Source: Candidatus Poseidoniaceae archaeon
Lineage (GTDB): Archaea > Thermoplasmatota > Poseidoniia > Poseidoniales > Poseidoniaceae
DNA length: 64,000 nucleotides
Reading direction: 5' to 3'
NCBI GenBank assembly: GCA_016777125.1
Contig: JADHSC010000004.1
Span: 16,866-80,865, forward strand
This document shows, piece after piece, positions 28,701 to 37,419 of the stretch (the first letter of the stretch is position 1; the number at the start of each line of letters is the position of its first letter). A model generated the notes under the pieces. It saw nothing but the letters and a program-made list of their open reading frames with translations. It did not search any database and was not told the origin of the DNA. Both the position numbers and the translations under genes were made by a program.

Positions 28701-30997
28701 GGTCGTTTTGTCCAATCATTGCCGGGTCCGATTGTTGTTTCACTAACTGAGAATCCATCCCAGATGTATCCTGCAATATTGGTTCCAATCCACAAGTCGT
28801 TCCCGCTTGCTTCTAAGGAATAAATTGTGTTTGTTCGCATGTTGGTTGTATCGGAATTAAGCGGAGTCAATATTTCCCCAGTCAGGATATTCTTTCGAGC
28901 AACCCCGTATCCAGACAGGCCCATGTGAACAATATCTCCAACGACTGCGGTAGGGGCATAATCAACGCCATTGACGCCAGTCGATCCCCAAGAAGCAAGG
29001 AATGTATCGTTACTAATTTCGTATCTTAGCAATCCTTCTGTGGATGCTACATAACATATGTCTGCATAGATTGCAAGTTGCCCAGTTAAACCAACACCAG
29101 ACTTCAGGAGTGTTGCAGATCCTATAGCTGTTGCATCAGCATCTATTCTGTAAATTCCATTGGGTTGAACAACGATGATGTTACATCCAATCGAATCTCC
29201 ACAATCACCTACAGTCGCAATATCGAGAACGTAATTGTCGGCAGCATCTGGTGAAGATGTAGAAGAACTAGGTGGGACATTTGCTCGGATAGTGCCGTTC
29301 TCGATCAGGTAAACTCCATCATCTTCAGTTCCAGCAAGTATTGTGTCTCCTGCTAGAGCAAGGGCAGTAATTTTGTCTCCTAAGTCGATCGAGGTTAGCC
29401 AGAGCGAGTTTGCGATGTCGAATCTATCGAGTTGCTCCGAAGTATATCCTGCAACGTAGAGAATTCCATCATGCTCGACGGCATCGCTCAGTTCAGGTCC
29501 AGAGGGGCCACTGGCAATGACAATTTCCCGTTGCATTGTGCTTTGCATAGTGGCATCGATGAGAACAAGGCGACTACCATCGGTCATAGCATGCATCATC
29601 GAGGATGGAGCACGAGCACCACCTGATGCCCAGGGCATCATCATGTTGACCGATGTTTCTGTTAGGTTCATCTGGCTCAAATCGATTGAGGAGCCGAAAA
29701 CGCCAGTTGAGAGATCGTAGCGATGGAGTTGATTTCCACTCATGATATGGAGTGTGTCTTGATATGCTTGTGCACCGGAAACGGTATTCGATGCTAGCCA
29801 GTTCGCATCATTCCATGTTGCAAGCCAAAAGCCTGAGTTCCAGTTGAATCTTGCAAGACCGTTGTCGGGGGAGGAAAAGAGGAGTTGATTTCCTGCAGTC
29901 GTAATTTCTGTTATTTCGTTGCTGTGAAGAACGTTACCAGAATTCCAAGAGGAAAGTGCTTGGTTGGTGGTTAGATCATATCGGTCTACACCATTATCGG
30001 TTGCGATGTAAAGGATGTTGTTTTCCTCGTGTAGGTCATTGACGATACTTGATGTGGAGGCTGAAAGAAGAAGGTTCCAACTGGATGAAGTTGAATCGAA
30101 GGTATACAAATCGCCGTTGGTATTTGCTGCATAAATACCAGAATTGTGAACTTCAAAGGCTTCGATATCTCCTGCAGGGAACGAAGGTAAACCGGCACCT
30201 ACAGTTCCATCTGTCGCTGAGATCATCCTAAATTCTGAAGGTTCTGTAAATGCCACGTGGAGGTTACCATTTGGTCCTATTGCTATGTCTGATATCGATC
30301 CGAGTGAAGATTCAGCCTCGAGGAAGTCAAAGTCATAGAAATCAATGATTGCGGGATTGTTTGTAGCATCGAATACCAGAATGGTTTCACCTGTTGCCAG
30401 ATACAGTTGCCCATCAACAGGATGCTGGGCATAGGACGTGATTGGGATTGTTACTGGGGTAAAGGATGTAAGAGGGTCAACTGGAGCAAGCGCTTCGAAA
30501 GCAAGTTCGGTAATCATTGCACCTGAAGGGAGCGTCCAACCGGCGCCACTAGCGCTGTTTGGAGAGAGCCGATCAGAATATGGATTGGCTCCATCAAAAG
30601 AGTCTGACGCACCGAGAACACCCAATCCTCTCCAATCGAAGAGATTGACGCCGATGTCGTTAGCTACGAGAAGAGGTTGATCGATCATCAAACCATCAGA
30701 CCCATTGACATGGATTTGTAGTGAAGCATTGGAGATTTCCGCACCAGGAGCGAACTCAAGGATCCAATCTGCAGTTGCTTGACTGCTGAGAATTGGATCT
30801 GAACCAATCGTGGCATTGAGTTGAACCCAGCCCGTGTCATTGCTGCCAGAAAGAGGCCATGAAATGACATCTTGGGTTTCATGAGCAGATGCCATTGGAA
30901 CGGCAGCAAGTGCCAGAGACCACGACGATAATAACATCAATGCAGTCAGAAACATCGCTCGTAGCGAACGAGATGATTCCGTATAGACTTCGCTCAT
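22709..30997 (-). CDS. Giant (2762 aa) secreted, C-terminally membrane-anchored surface protein with multiple beta-propeller (Reg_prop/Y_Y_Y-like) repeat arrays
   Basis: N-terminal signal peptide MFLTALMLLSSWSLALAAVPMASA. Dozens of ~45-aa repeats of the form ...N.I.al..d.g.lWiGT..G..ryd... C-terminal TM LLAAGLVFVSLILLVAIV followed by an RGRGKK stop-transfer and a proline-rich cytoplasmic tail. Confidence 0.7.
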   Translation of the reverse strand: MSEVYTESSRSLRAMFLTALMLLSSWSLALAAVPMASAHETQDVISWPLSGSNDTGWVQLNATIGSDPILSSQATADWILEFAPGAEISNASLQIHVNGSDGLMIDQPLLVANDIGVNLFDWRGLGVLGASDSFDGANPYSDRLSPNSASGAGWTLPSGAMITELAFEALAPVDPLTSFTPVTIPITSYAQHPVDGQLYLATGETILVFDATNNPAIIDFYDFDFLEAESSLGSISDIAIGPNGNLHVAFTEPSEFRMISATDGTVGAGLPSFPAGDIEAFEVHNSGIYAANTNGDLYTFDSTSSSWNLLLSASTSSIVNDLHEENNILYIATDNGVDRYDLTTNQALSSWNSGNVLHSNEITEITTAGNQLLFSSPDNGLARFNWNSGFWLATWNDANWLASNTVSGAQAYQDTLHIMSGNQLHRYDLSTGVFGSSIDLSQMNLTETSVNMMMPWASGGARAPSSMMHAMTDGSRLVLIDATMQSTMQREIVIASGPSGPELSDAVEHDGILYVAGYTSEQLDRFDIANSLWLTSIDLGDKITALALAGDTILAGTEDDGVYLIENGTIRANVPPSSSTSSPDAADNYVLDIATVGDCGDSIGCNIIVVQPNGIYRIDADATAIGSATLLKSGVGLTGQLAIYADICYVASTEGLLRYEISNDTFLASWGSTGVNGVDYAPTAVVGDIVHMGLSGYGVARKNILTGEILTPLNSDTTNMRTNTIYSLEASGNDLWIGTNIAGYIWDGFSVSETTIGPGNDWTKRPSQHFDYVLDGNAMWSGTNIGVCKYDLSGNIDDCLNVYDGMPNWATYAVGVNSTTVFGGTFSGVGLIEKSSFSVVGEWDAGSQTDNAVVEIIDDIAYIGLNGVGVARWDIANSQWLTTWTTSNVLDNGNEFVTGMIEDIRPGFIWIGGEDGFQLINTTTGAEAYDIEVSNSLYVGNGDPYDLTLYGYTMYYHQGTSSDSIYGIDVGNFTAITPLDAGQEVSENGGDVVGMRIVGDTLLASVVSGQWWNQEGSGGIAQYDLVSQTWNTSVLPEGSVDRVTAFNSSTGHTWISWGEIGLEVYSPSGTKLGSWDTLSFPVREIIEFDGLILFATEDGVERFNESSFQWETAWTPGNGLPSAMGDWIGELWTDGSTLVVGSASFAGWGGFQRGTIGQLDASGTWTTYTTGQNGIPNGYPISMNECGSYLYVGLFNNNGGVTYIDLANTTAVGSFTSSVLKSGRVAAVACDPSDTLYVGYDDDNLPISKYDTVQSAWIAEITSNGNGIPTDPVWLDAFSYANGKLLIGYDENGGFAAISTLGPFTGQASVQSVGTAVTSIKYSGNEWLIGQAGGASGYSHVDILSSTGLNTEFELPALVSGNIEAMVSDGSRIWVSTYSVTVNGNNPGAGSGGILQGTFNSSGGIDWNEGWSLSFNNQVNSMLMEGNMIYITTQNGGMYTLDTTSNVLQRKSGAVHNSQDGIALYQSGSVSTLFVGLLGTTSTAAGVQMFDIGTQQFTNGQLLSGLPSDNIQGFAFSNSHVYIATQNGIGRWNLTTNDWDNPLTTSDGLPTSNIEDIRYISNTLYIASPSGLTQYIPTTGAMNTNTTADGLLGNSVWSIETYTTSQAGTWLILGHDGAGTERPGLTVIDTSSNSVAATHRFDQLPSNYITAVASDYAGLHIATDVGPLVHYDGLTGEFEDGLASFELGSGWPIYRMDSDGSHLMVMGASGMAILEAQTSSHSLLKSAIVQNPTNVAVGANGFWLTTSDAGLRGWTPATAFDEMETQSVRYADPLNIGFNSQYMEITDMTHPGLQIDLVTQDNPVTLNSSVGVAGVHGLLFQTVPLVMTSPVSNAAVWAQSSTLRYDAVLELDNTTGVENSLQLAINNGQLINGTRIVPIKLVAPSNGTIEVRLVYDWIRKDTPVEIADIYDRPDDGGEALTVEWSLVHDPDFNRYLVYVNEGPWGSLPTDIDLAGRIIDKTESLHSRLKADITTANGVPLVDGVEYYALVVVEYDNGRFGLPSQIVGPVTTSNEVPNPPAWASAQPLDGGVEGDLETEWARCSALDLLETRIYTSTQAMNDILGLSVAYTVMPTEGNLTILNLDAGKPYWLGFTCVDISGQEDIMNATIIGPVVPTGGIDDGQAPAKLENVWAIDTPEDEGGRITVGWDPSDAGDCAFYTVYMVTGVVFVTPPTSVAGFSPATVVNSCQENTTIVSKLDDLPLVNGLEYHIGVVAYDTWLNAELNDVNIVQATPLDNSDGASMPPSRIENIQAFDHANDDGTAIDVVWSISSADDFSHYIVWAADKPVDDISYLWNAYGGDPAACGCISIDKQWIDEDKNPIELTLNTALYGDASQTNEFSSADTPQLIQPGIQLFVTVTVHDLQGNVYVDSLLSASVIPINNLEDTTPPPRLDEIVLGDRPMDDGSALDLEFGLSTASDIYQYEVYAASWSFTSVGVGSDGPNAPIMTLDRLPEFPLILTIIAGDLPVLPGQETWVAVVAVDSSANAHKTDLTVVSSQSVDDGITDPGNYLPTIDGITLAWVAETDILVTWNRTNDFGVEGYQIHISNEDFMDISDATFVGDTLTANSFIITSTVFTELNNNSAWYVSVTTFDDNQVRQSVDPLMINAVENGVVDSDDSNDGTDFQSLLTTPNLLAAGLVFVSLILLVAIVRGRGKKSQKDKQWEIQTATWGLGEDDAWNSPPEASVPPPPPVETGSLFQAADRIQNQPLDRQEYIPPMPVMNPVRAPIDNDLLKDLDIGTKQNSSSPGIDTSFLDDLLIP

Positions 30998-31056
30998 GAT
31001 TACTAATGCGTTCTATTCACTATTTGAATGCGGTGTTTGTTTGATAGAACAATACT

Positions 31057-32526
31057 TCACTCTAAATCAGAGAGTTCACCGTCTTTTTGTACTTGTAACA
31101 ATCGAATAGTGGACGTTCTACCACTGATTGCCTGAGGGGAACCTGAAATCGCAACAATCGTTTCATCAGACCTAATCTTTTTCTGCTCATACAACAATCG
31201 AACAGCCTCTGCAACCGTCGTTCTTGCTCTTGTCTTTTCTTCCACAAGTAATCCTTCAACACCGGGTAAAATGGTTGTTCGACGAGCAGCCCGGATTCGA
31301 TTCGTCATCGCATAAATTGGAATCCTTGGACGGTGAGCAGCCATTAGGCGAGCAGCATTTCCGTGTTCGGTTGCAACAATCAAATGATTCGCCTTCGTTT
31401 GTCTTGCGATATCGACAGCTGCACCTGCAATGACGCGGGTGGAAACATAGGCTGCAAGGGCAGGTGGTTCAGGCAGATCGGCAGTTGAAGCTTCAACTGT
31501 TTCAGCAATGCGTGCCATCGTTTCAACCGCTTTTACAGGATGTCTCCCTCCAGCGGTTTCTCCAGAGAGCATCACCGCGCTAACGTGTTGGCGAATGGCT
31601 GTCGCAACATCTGTCACTTCAGCACGAGTGGGTCGAGCATGACTGACCATACTTTCGAGCATTTGTGTTGCAACAACGACTGGCGTCCCTCTTTCGAGGC
31701 AGGCTGAGACAATTCTTTCCTGAGCAGCAGGAACTTCCTCAAGTGGTATTTCAACACCTAGATCTCCTCTTGCAACCATGACTACATCCGCAGCCTCAAC
31801 GATTTCATTCAACTTCTCTAGAGCCGCAGGATGTTCAATCTTAGCAACAATCCATGTGTGTACGCCAGCCTCCTTGATCCGTTCCCGTGCTGGGGCGAGA
31901 TCACTTGCATTACGAACATACGAGACAGCAACAAAATCAACGTTTTGAGAGAGCGCATGTTCGAGACAATCGAGATCATGTGGTCCTACGGCAGGGAGTT
32001 TGACCAATGTTCTTGGAACATTGATTCCCTTTCTTTCGGTTAAGATTCCACCATCTTCAACACGGCACCGGACAACTTCTCCAATATGTTCTGGAGCGGA
32101 TAGGACTTCTAATCGAATCAAACCATCGGATAGAAGAACAGGATCTCCTACGCGTAAATCTTTGGATAAACCATCCCATTCAACAGGTAATGTCTTCACA
32201 GGCTCACCAAGGATTGTATTGGCTTGTGTGGGTAAGCCATCCGATACGCCGCAATGCAGGTCGACAAGTTCACCTCTATCCAAGACGACTTCACCTTCGA
32301 AAGTCCCCAGCCGTAGTTTTGGGCCGGGAAGATCAGCAAGAAGCCCAACATATTTTCCAGCCTCTGTTTCCGCTGAACGAATGTTCTGTATTGTTTGCTC
32401 CTTGCCCTCAAAATCACCATGAGAATAATTGAGCCGAGCAATATCCATGCCGGCTTCAATCATCTGTTTCAACGTCTCAACGCCGTTGCTTGCTGGGCCG
32501 ATTGTTGCGATGATTCTCGAACGCAT
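31057..32526 (-). CDS. pyk: Pyruvate kinase
   Basis: N-terminus MRSRIIATIGPASNGVETLKQMIEAGMDIARLNYSHGD. The protein also contains ...MVARGDLGVEIPLEEVPAAQ... 489 aa. Confidence 0.9.
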   Translation of the reverse strand: MRSRIIATIGPASNGVETLKQMIEAGMDIARLNYSHGDFEGKEQTIQNIRSAETEAGKYVGLLADLPGPKLRLGTFEGEVVLDRGELVDLHCGVSDGLPTQANTILGEPVKTLPVEWDGLSKDLRVGDPVLLSDGLIRLEVLSAPEHIGEVVRCRVEDGGILTERKGINVPRTLVKLPAVGPHDLDCLEHALSQNVDFVAVSYVRNASDLAPARERIKEAGVHTWIVAKIEHPAALEKLNEIVEAADVVMVARGDLGVEIPLEEVPAAQERIVSACLERGTPVVVATQMLESMVSHARPTRAEVTDVATAIRQHVSAVMLSGETAGGRHPVKAVETMARIAETVEASTADLPEPPALAAYVSTRVIAGAAVDIARQTKANHLIVATEHGNAARLMAAHRPRIPIYAMTNRIRAARRTTILPGVEGLLVEEKTRARTTVAEAVRLLYEQKKIRSDETIVAISGSPQAISGRTSTIRLLQVQKDGELSDLE

Positions 32527-32679
32527 GGTCTCTCCTCAAACCTCAACAAGAGCAAGCAACCCATAGTCCTTACAATCGTTGGTTCATGAAAACGAGTTAC
32601 AGAAACCCTCCTTCGAGACCAATCAAGGAACAATGCTCAAACCATTGATGTTACCAAGAGAGGTTTAGGGGATAGAAAC

Positions 32680-34998
32680 ATGAAGAAAAAGAGAGACGAA
32701 ATTCTCCGCCGTGAAACACTTGAGTATCACGAAAAAGAACCGCGTGGAAAAATCAAGGTGGTGCCAACAAAACCACACGCAACAGCACACGAACTTTCCC
32801 TTGCTTATTCCCCTGGAGTCGCCTACCCCTGTCTTGAAATTGCTAAAAGGCCAGAGGATGCGTATCGCTATACATCAAAAGGAAATTTAGTCGCAGTTAT
32901 TTCAAACGGAACCGCGGTGTTGGGTTTAGGAAACATTGGTGCTTTGGCCAGTAAACCTGTTATGGAAGGAAAAGGCCTTCTTCTGAAGACATTCGCAGAC
33001 ATTGATGTGTTCGATATTGAGGTTGATACGACCGATCCGGAGGAGTTTATTTCGACAGTTGTTAATATTTCCAAAACATTTGGAGGAATCAACCTTGAAG
33101 ATATTAAGGCTCCAGAATGTTTTGAAATTGAACGAAGAATTGCTGAGGCAACCGACATCCCAGTCATGCACGATGATCAACACGGCACAGCTATCATCTC
33201 CGGTGCTGCGTTATTGAATGCAGTCGAATTACAAGAAAAGGAATTGGACACAATCAACGTCGTTGTCCTTGGTGCTGGAGCATCTGCGTTTGCTTGTGCA
33301 GAGCATTATGTCGCTCTTGGTGTAAAGCGTTCGAACATCAAGATGGTTGATTCTCAGGGAATCATTACAACCAGCCGACTCAACAAAGAAGAGCTCAACG
33401 AATACAAGGCGAAATTTGCTGTCGATTGTCCAGATGGTCCTCTTGCTGAAGCCATGAATGGCGCCGACGTACTTCTTGGCCTATCGAAAGGGGGACTTGT
33501 CTCAAAAGAAATGATTGCTTCGATGGCAACCAATCCAATTATCTTCGCACTTGCGAATCCAACTCCTGAAATTCTTCCAGAAGAAATTCTTGAAGTTCGT
33601 ACTGATGCAATTATTGCGACAGGGCGCTCTGATTATGCAAATCAGGTGAACAATGTCTTAGGTTTCCCTTACATCTTCCGAGGAGCCCTTGACGTCCGTG
33701 CAAGAGATATTACTCAAAACATGAAAATGGCCGCGACACGGTCGCTTGCTGCATTAGCAAAAGAACCCGTTCCAGATTACATTTCAACAGCCTATGATGG
33801 TGCAACGATGGAATATGGTCCCGAATATATCATCCCCAAACCATTCGATCGTCGTGTATTGATCTGGGAGGCTTCTGCAGTAGCGCAGGCTGCTGTTGAC
33901 GAAGGAATTACTTCCGTAACCAAAGAAGAGTTTTCTCTTCAAGGCTATAGGGAATCGCTCGAGGCTCGATTAGGAATGACATACTCAATCATGCGCAGTG
34001 TCATCAACCAGGTCCGTCGAAGAAACAAGAGAATTGTCTTCCCTGAAGGGGACAATGAGAAAGTTATTCGCGCTGCTGCTCAATTGGCTGAGCAGAAGAT
34101 TTGCAAACCAATTTTACTCGGCCCTAAAGATCGGATTGCTCGTATGATGGAGGAAATGCATTTTGATTTCGAATACGAAGCCTACGACCCTCGCACTGAC
34201 GAACGAAGAAAAGGAGTCTATGCAGAGAAGTTGTTCGAGCGTAGAAAGCGCAAGGGAGTTACGCGAGTCGATGCTGCCCGTCTACTCAAGAGTCGGCCAT
34301 ACTTTGCAAGCCAAATGGTTGAATCAGGGGATGCAGATGGATTCGTCGGAGGCGTCAGTCGAAATTACAGCGATGTTCTACGTCCTGTTTTGGAAACAAT
34401 CGGCCCTTCTGATGATGCTCATTGTTTGATTGGTTGCTACATGGTGACCATCAAAGGACGTATACTCTTCCTTGCAGATGCAACCGTGAACATCTATCCC
34501 GATAGCCGCACACTTGCTGAAATTGCAGTTCAAACTGCAAAGGTTGCACGAAGATTTGGGGTAAATCCGAAGGTTGCAATGCTTTCCTTCTCAAACTTTG
34601 GAAGCACTCGTGCTCAACGAAGTGATCGCATTGAAGAGGCTGTTGAGATGGCGAGAATTCTCGATCCAACACTTGTGATCGATGGGCCAATGCAAGCAGA
34701 TACAGCACTCGATCCAACTGTGCAGCAAGAATACCCATTCATGGAATTTACAGGCCCGGCAAACATTCTGGTACTTCCGAACCTTGCTTCAGCGAATATC
34801 GTTTACAAGATGCTTGAACAACTTGCTGATGCTGAAATGACCGGTCCAATTCTTGAAGGAATGAAAGATCCGGTTCAACTTGTTGCTCGTCAAGATGGCG
34901 TTCGCCATATCGTGAATATGACTGCAATCTGTGTTGCTGATGCTATGCGTAAGGATTCTTACTGGGAAACATTAGCGAACGAATCTTCAGATTCTTGA
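32680..34998 (+). CDS. maeB: NADP-dependent malic enzyme fused to a phosphotransacetylase-like C-terminal domain (MaeB type)
   Basis: Motifs YSPGVAYPCLEIAKRPEDAYRYTSKGNLVAVISNGTAVLGLGNIG, HDDQHGTAII and VVLGAGASAFA (NAD(P) fold). The C-terminal ~330 aa form a PTA-like domain. 772 aa. Confidence 0.9.
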   Translation: MKKKRDEILRRETLEYHEKEPRGKIKVVPTKPHATAHELSLAYSPGVAYPCLEIAKRPEDAYRYTSKGNLVAVISNGTAVLGLGNIGALASKPVMEGKGLLLKTFADIDVFDIEVDTTDPEEFISTVVNISKTFGGINLEDIKAPECFEIERRIAEATDIPVMHDDQHGTAIISGAALLNAVELQEKELDTINVVVLGAGASAFACAEHYVALGVKRSNIKMVDSQGIITTSRLNKEELNEYKAKFAVDCPDGPLAEAMNGADVLLGLSKGGLVSKEMIASMATNPIIFALANPTPEILPEEILEVRTDAIIATGRSDYANQVNNVLGFPYIFRGALDVRARDITQNMKMAATRSLAALAKEPVPDYISTAYDGATMEYGPEYIIPKPFDRRVLIWEASAVAQAAVDEGITSVTKEEFSLQGYRESLEARLGMTYSIMRSVINQVRRRNKRIVFPEGDNEKVIRAAAQLAEQKICKPILLGPKDRIARMMEEMHFDFEYEAYDPRTDERRKGVYAEKLFERRKRKGVTRVDAARLLKSRPYFASQMVESGDADGFVGGVSRNYSDVLRPVLETIGPSDDAHCLIGCYMVTIKGRILFLADATVNIYPDSRTLAEIAVQTAKVARRFGVNPKVAMLSFSNFGSTRAQRSDRIEEAVEMARILDPTLVIDGPMQADTALDPTVQQEYPFMEFTGPANILVLPNLASANIVYKMLEQLADAEMTGPILEGMKDPVQLVARQDGVRHIVNMTAICVADAMRKDSYWETLANESSDS

Positions 34999-35825
34999 AC
35001 AACTCCTTCCTCAAAGGAAATTGTCGGCCTTCTTGGCCTCCATATGGCTCCTGTTACGAACCCAGCAACAAGTCCGCCAAACAGAAGATTCGGCCATCCA
35101 TCAAGCGCATATGTGTCGAAACCGCGTAGAATGGGGATGAGAAAAGAGGGAACTATTCCAAGCAACGTAGTCCACAAGATTTCTGTTCTGAAATTGCCCC
35201 AAGAATCCGCAGTTTTAGGAACTCTTCTGGCTGGAGAATCACGTACAGGTGAAATGACAAAGCGCACTACTGTATTCGTGAGTGATCGGTCAACAGGAAT
35301 ATTTGAGGTTGCAAAAACGCCCTTTCGTTTAGGATGCATCTCTACTGCCAATCGATGGTATTGTAACGGGCCGGTGGTTTCAATCGGACGAACACGGCCA
35401 TCCATCATTGCACCGCGATGATTTGCAGCTGCAGCATCCCCTAATATTTCGACGATCCCAGAATCGAGATGGATTTCATCACGTGCATGATGCCATTCTG
35501 GAAAAGACGGTGGACGTACTTCCCATTCACCAGGTAAAGAATCCAAATCGAGTTGTTGTTCAATCTGTTTGCGAATGGCTTCTATCTCGCTTCCGATGAG
35601 GCCAATCATTGGTTCTGCAGAATCTTCAACTTCATCGTCTTCCCCGAGTAAACGAGCGACTTGCATTCGTGTAATAGGGTTCTCAAGGATGTAATAATCA
35701 GGTAGTTGAACCTCATATCGAGGTCTTTGGCTTGCATATATCCAGCCACCTTTGTCACTTCCTAAGAACGAACTACCTTGCGAAATAGGCTTGAAATCAA
35801 GATCGTTCACAGAGATGATTTCCAA
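34959..35825 (-). CDS. Hypothetical protein with C-terminal TM helices
   Basis: 288 aa ORF with hydrophobic C-terminal segments (ILWTTLLGIVPSFLIPIL, LLFGGLVAGFVTGAIW). No motif recognised. Its 3' end overlaps the convergent maeB by ~40 nt. Confidence 0.3.
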   Translation of the reverse strand: MEIISVNDLDFKPISQGSSFLGSDKGGWIYASQRPRYEVQLPDYYILENPITRMQVARLLGEDDEVEDSAEPMIGLIGSEIEAIRKQIEQQLDLDSLPGEWEVRPPSFPEWHHARDEIHLDSGIVEILGDAAAANHRGAMMDGRVRPIETTGPLQYHRLAVEMHPKRKGVFATSNIPVDRSLTNTVVRFVISPVRDSPARRVPKTADSWGNFRTEILWTTLLGIVPSFLIPILRGFDTYALDGWPNLLFGGLVAGFVTGAIWRPRRPTISFEEGVVQESEDSFANVSQ

Positions 35826-35834
35826 ATGATCACT

Positions 35835-36524
35835 TCAGTTGAGATGTTGTTCCATCTTACGATACCAGATCATTCCATTTTCATGTTCTTCTAGAAGTCT
35901 GAATTGTTTGAATGGTGAAACCGAGCGCATGTAGCCGAATGCAGCAAAATCCACGAGATCGGGTCGCTCTCCTCCGAAGAAGTCCATTCCTTCGAATGAT
36001 TCAGTATATTCTGTCAGGAGATCATGCCACAGTTTCTTCGGAGATCGCCCATCTTTCTTTACACGTTTTCGAGCAATGATACCCCACATTATTGGAAATC
36101 CTGCCCACGCATAGAGTCGTCGAGAAATGAATCCAAATTTTTCGAGTTTGGAAACCCGGCGAGTGGTGCTGAGGGCAGATCCAAGAGAACCGTAGAGAAT
36201 TGGAATTGTTGCACTTTTCCATGCATTATCTACGAGTTCGAGCATGTTTTCGTATCGTTCAGTTCCCTTTGCGGTGGAAAGTTTACCTTGGTTATATTCG
36301 TCATCAATGTAGGACATAATAGGGGTGGAATCAACCACTACAGTACCATCTGCGTCAGTAAACACAGGGACTTTATTCCATCCATTGGTAAAGGCAAGTT
36401 CTTTCTTTGTCTTCATGGCGTTGACCTGAATCTCTTGAACATCCATTCCAAGATGCTCAATAACCCCTCGAACTTTCCAAGAGAATGGGCACGTTTGCAA
36501 GAGGTGAAGCGTGGCTTTGCTCAT
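35835..36524 (-). CDS. Glutathione S-transferase-like protein (thioredoxin-fold N-domain)
   Basis: From internal Met: MSKATLHLLQTCPFSWKVRGVIEHLGMDVQEIQV ... WNKVPVFTD, the GST/Grx2-type N-terminal motif with the CPFS active-site region. The C-terminal domain is helical. The track ORF extends to 36770, but the upstream portion has no GST similarity. Confidence 0.5.
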   Translation of the reverse strand: MSKATLHLLQTCPFSWKVRGVIEHLGMDVQEIQVNAMKTKKELAFTNGWNKVPVFTDADGTVVVDSTPIMSYIDDEYNQGKLSTAKGTERYENMLELVDNAWKSATIPILYGSLGSALSTTRRVSKLEKFGFISRRLYAWAGFPIMWGIIARKRVKKDGRSPKKLWHDLLTEYTESFEGMDFFGGERPDLVDFAAFGYMRSVSPFKQFRLLEEHENGMIWYRKMEQHLN

Positions 36525-36960
36525 GATAAGACGAGAAAGGACCCCTTCTTCAATCCTCGTTATTTTCTTGCTCAGGGCGCCATCCTGGCTTCCAAAAATT
36601 ATCATTGTCAAGCCATGAGGTCCATTCATCATCTGAACAAGACAAGAGTCGGAATGCTCGACTCTCGAGCCCTTCACGATTGTATTGAGGGAGCACGCCC
36701 TCCGAGAATGCTTGGTGCCAATCCACCTGCATCTGCCGAATTTGTCTACGAGCCGCTTCAGGGTTGTCAAAATTCATTTCACAGATATCCCTCAATTCAG
36801 AGAGCCATACTCTGGTATCTTTCCGTAGAGGATCGTTGATGATTTGTCTTTTAGAACCTGATTTTTTCCCAAAAGGCCACCATCCCATAACGATTCCAAA
36901 TCGGCGTTTGTTTTCATCTTTCGTACGAATATGAAAAAAGAACCATCTTCTCGCAGAGTT

Positions 36961-37383
36961 ATGGGCCGCATCAACATCCATCTTCATGGGAAACTCAAAG
37001 ACAAGGCCATAGCGAGTATTGCCGAAATGTACCAACAACGCTTGTCCAGCGCGGGTGTGAAGACGCATATTCACAATGATTCCCTTGATGTTTACTTAGA
37101 TAAATTGAAATCAAAAAAAGGTCGATTGATTCTTCTTGACGAGCGCGGAGATTCCTTTGAGTCTACGGAATTTGCAGCAAAAATAAAACAATGGAACATC
37201 AGTGGTGAAGATACACATTTTGCCATTGGTCCAGCTGAAGGTTGGGCTGGAAAAGAGCCCACCTTGCAACGAATTTCATTGTCATCTTTCACATTTACAC
37301 ATGAGATGGCAGCCATCATTTTGTTTGAACAAGTGTACCGAGCCCATGAAATTCTCAAAGGGACATTGTATCACAAAGACTGA
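36961..37383 (+). CDS. rlmH: 23S rRNA (pseudouridine1915-N3)-methyltransferase RlmH-like SPOUT methyltransferase
   Basis: N-terminus MGRINIHLHGKLKDKAIASIAEMYQQRL. The middle region contains GRLILLDERGDSFESTEFAAKIKQW ... THFAIGPAEGW. The C-terminus contains LSLSSFTFTHEMAAIILFEQVYRAHEI, matching the RlmH C-terminal consensus LSLSxMTxPHQLxRxILxEQLYRA. Confidence 0.65.
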   Translation: MGRINIHLHGKLKDKAIASIAEMYQQRLSSAGVKTHIHNDSLDVYLDKLKSKKGRLILLDERGDSFESTEFAAKIKQWNISGEDTHFAIGPAEGWAGKEPTLQRISLSSFTFTHEMAAIILFEQVYRAHEILKGTLYHKD

Positions 37384-37419
37384 GCGAATGATAAAGAAGA
37401 CCTGCATCAACGGGGAATC

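Noticed and set aside
35835-36770. Full-length 311-aa track ORF for the GST-like gene
   Set aside because: GST similarity begins only at the internal Met (MSKATLHLLQTCPFSW), so the call is trimmed to 35835..36524.
36550-37074. 174-aa minus-strand ORF between the GST-like gene and rlmH
   Set aside because: It overlaps both neighbours in different frames and has no motif. A shorter version (36550..36888) could be real, but there is no supporting evidence, so it is left uncalled.
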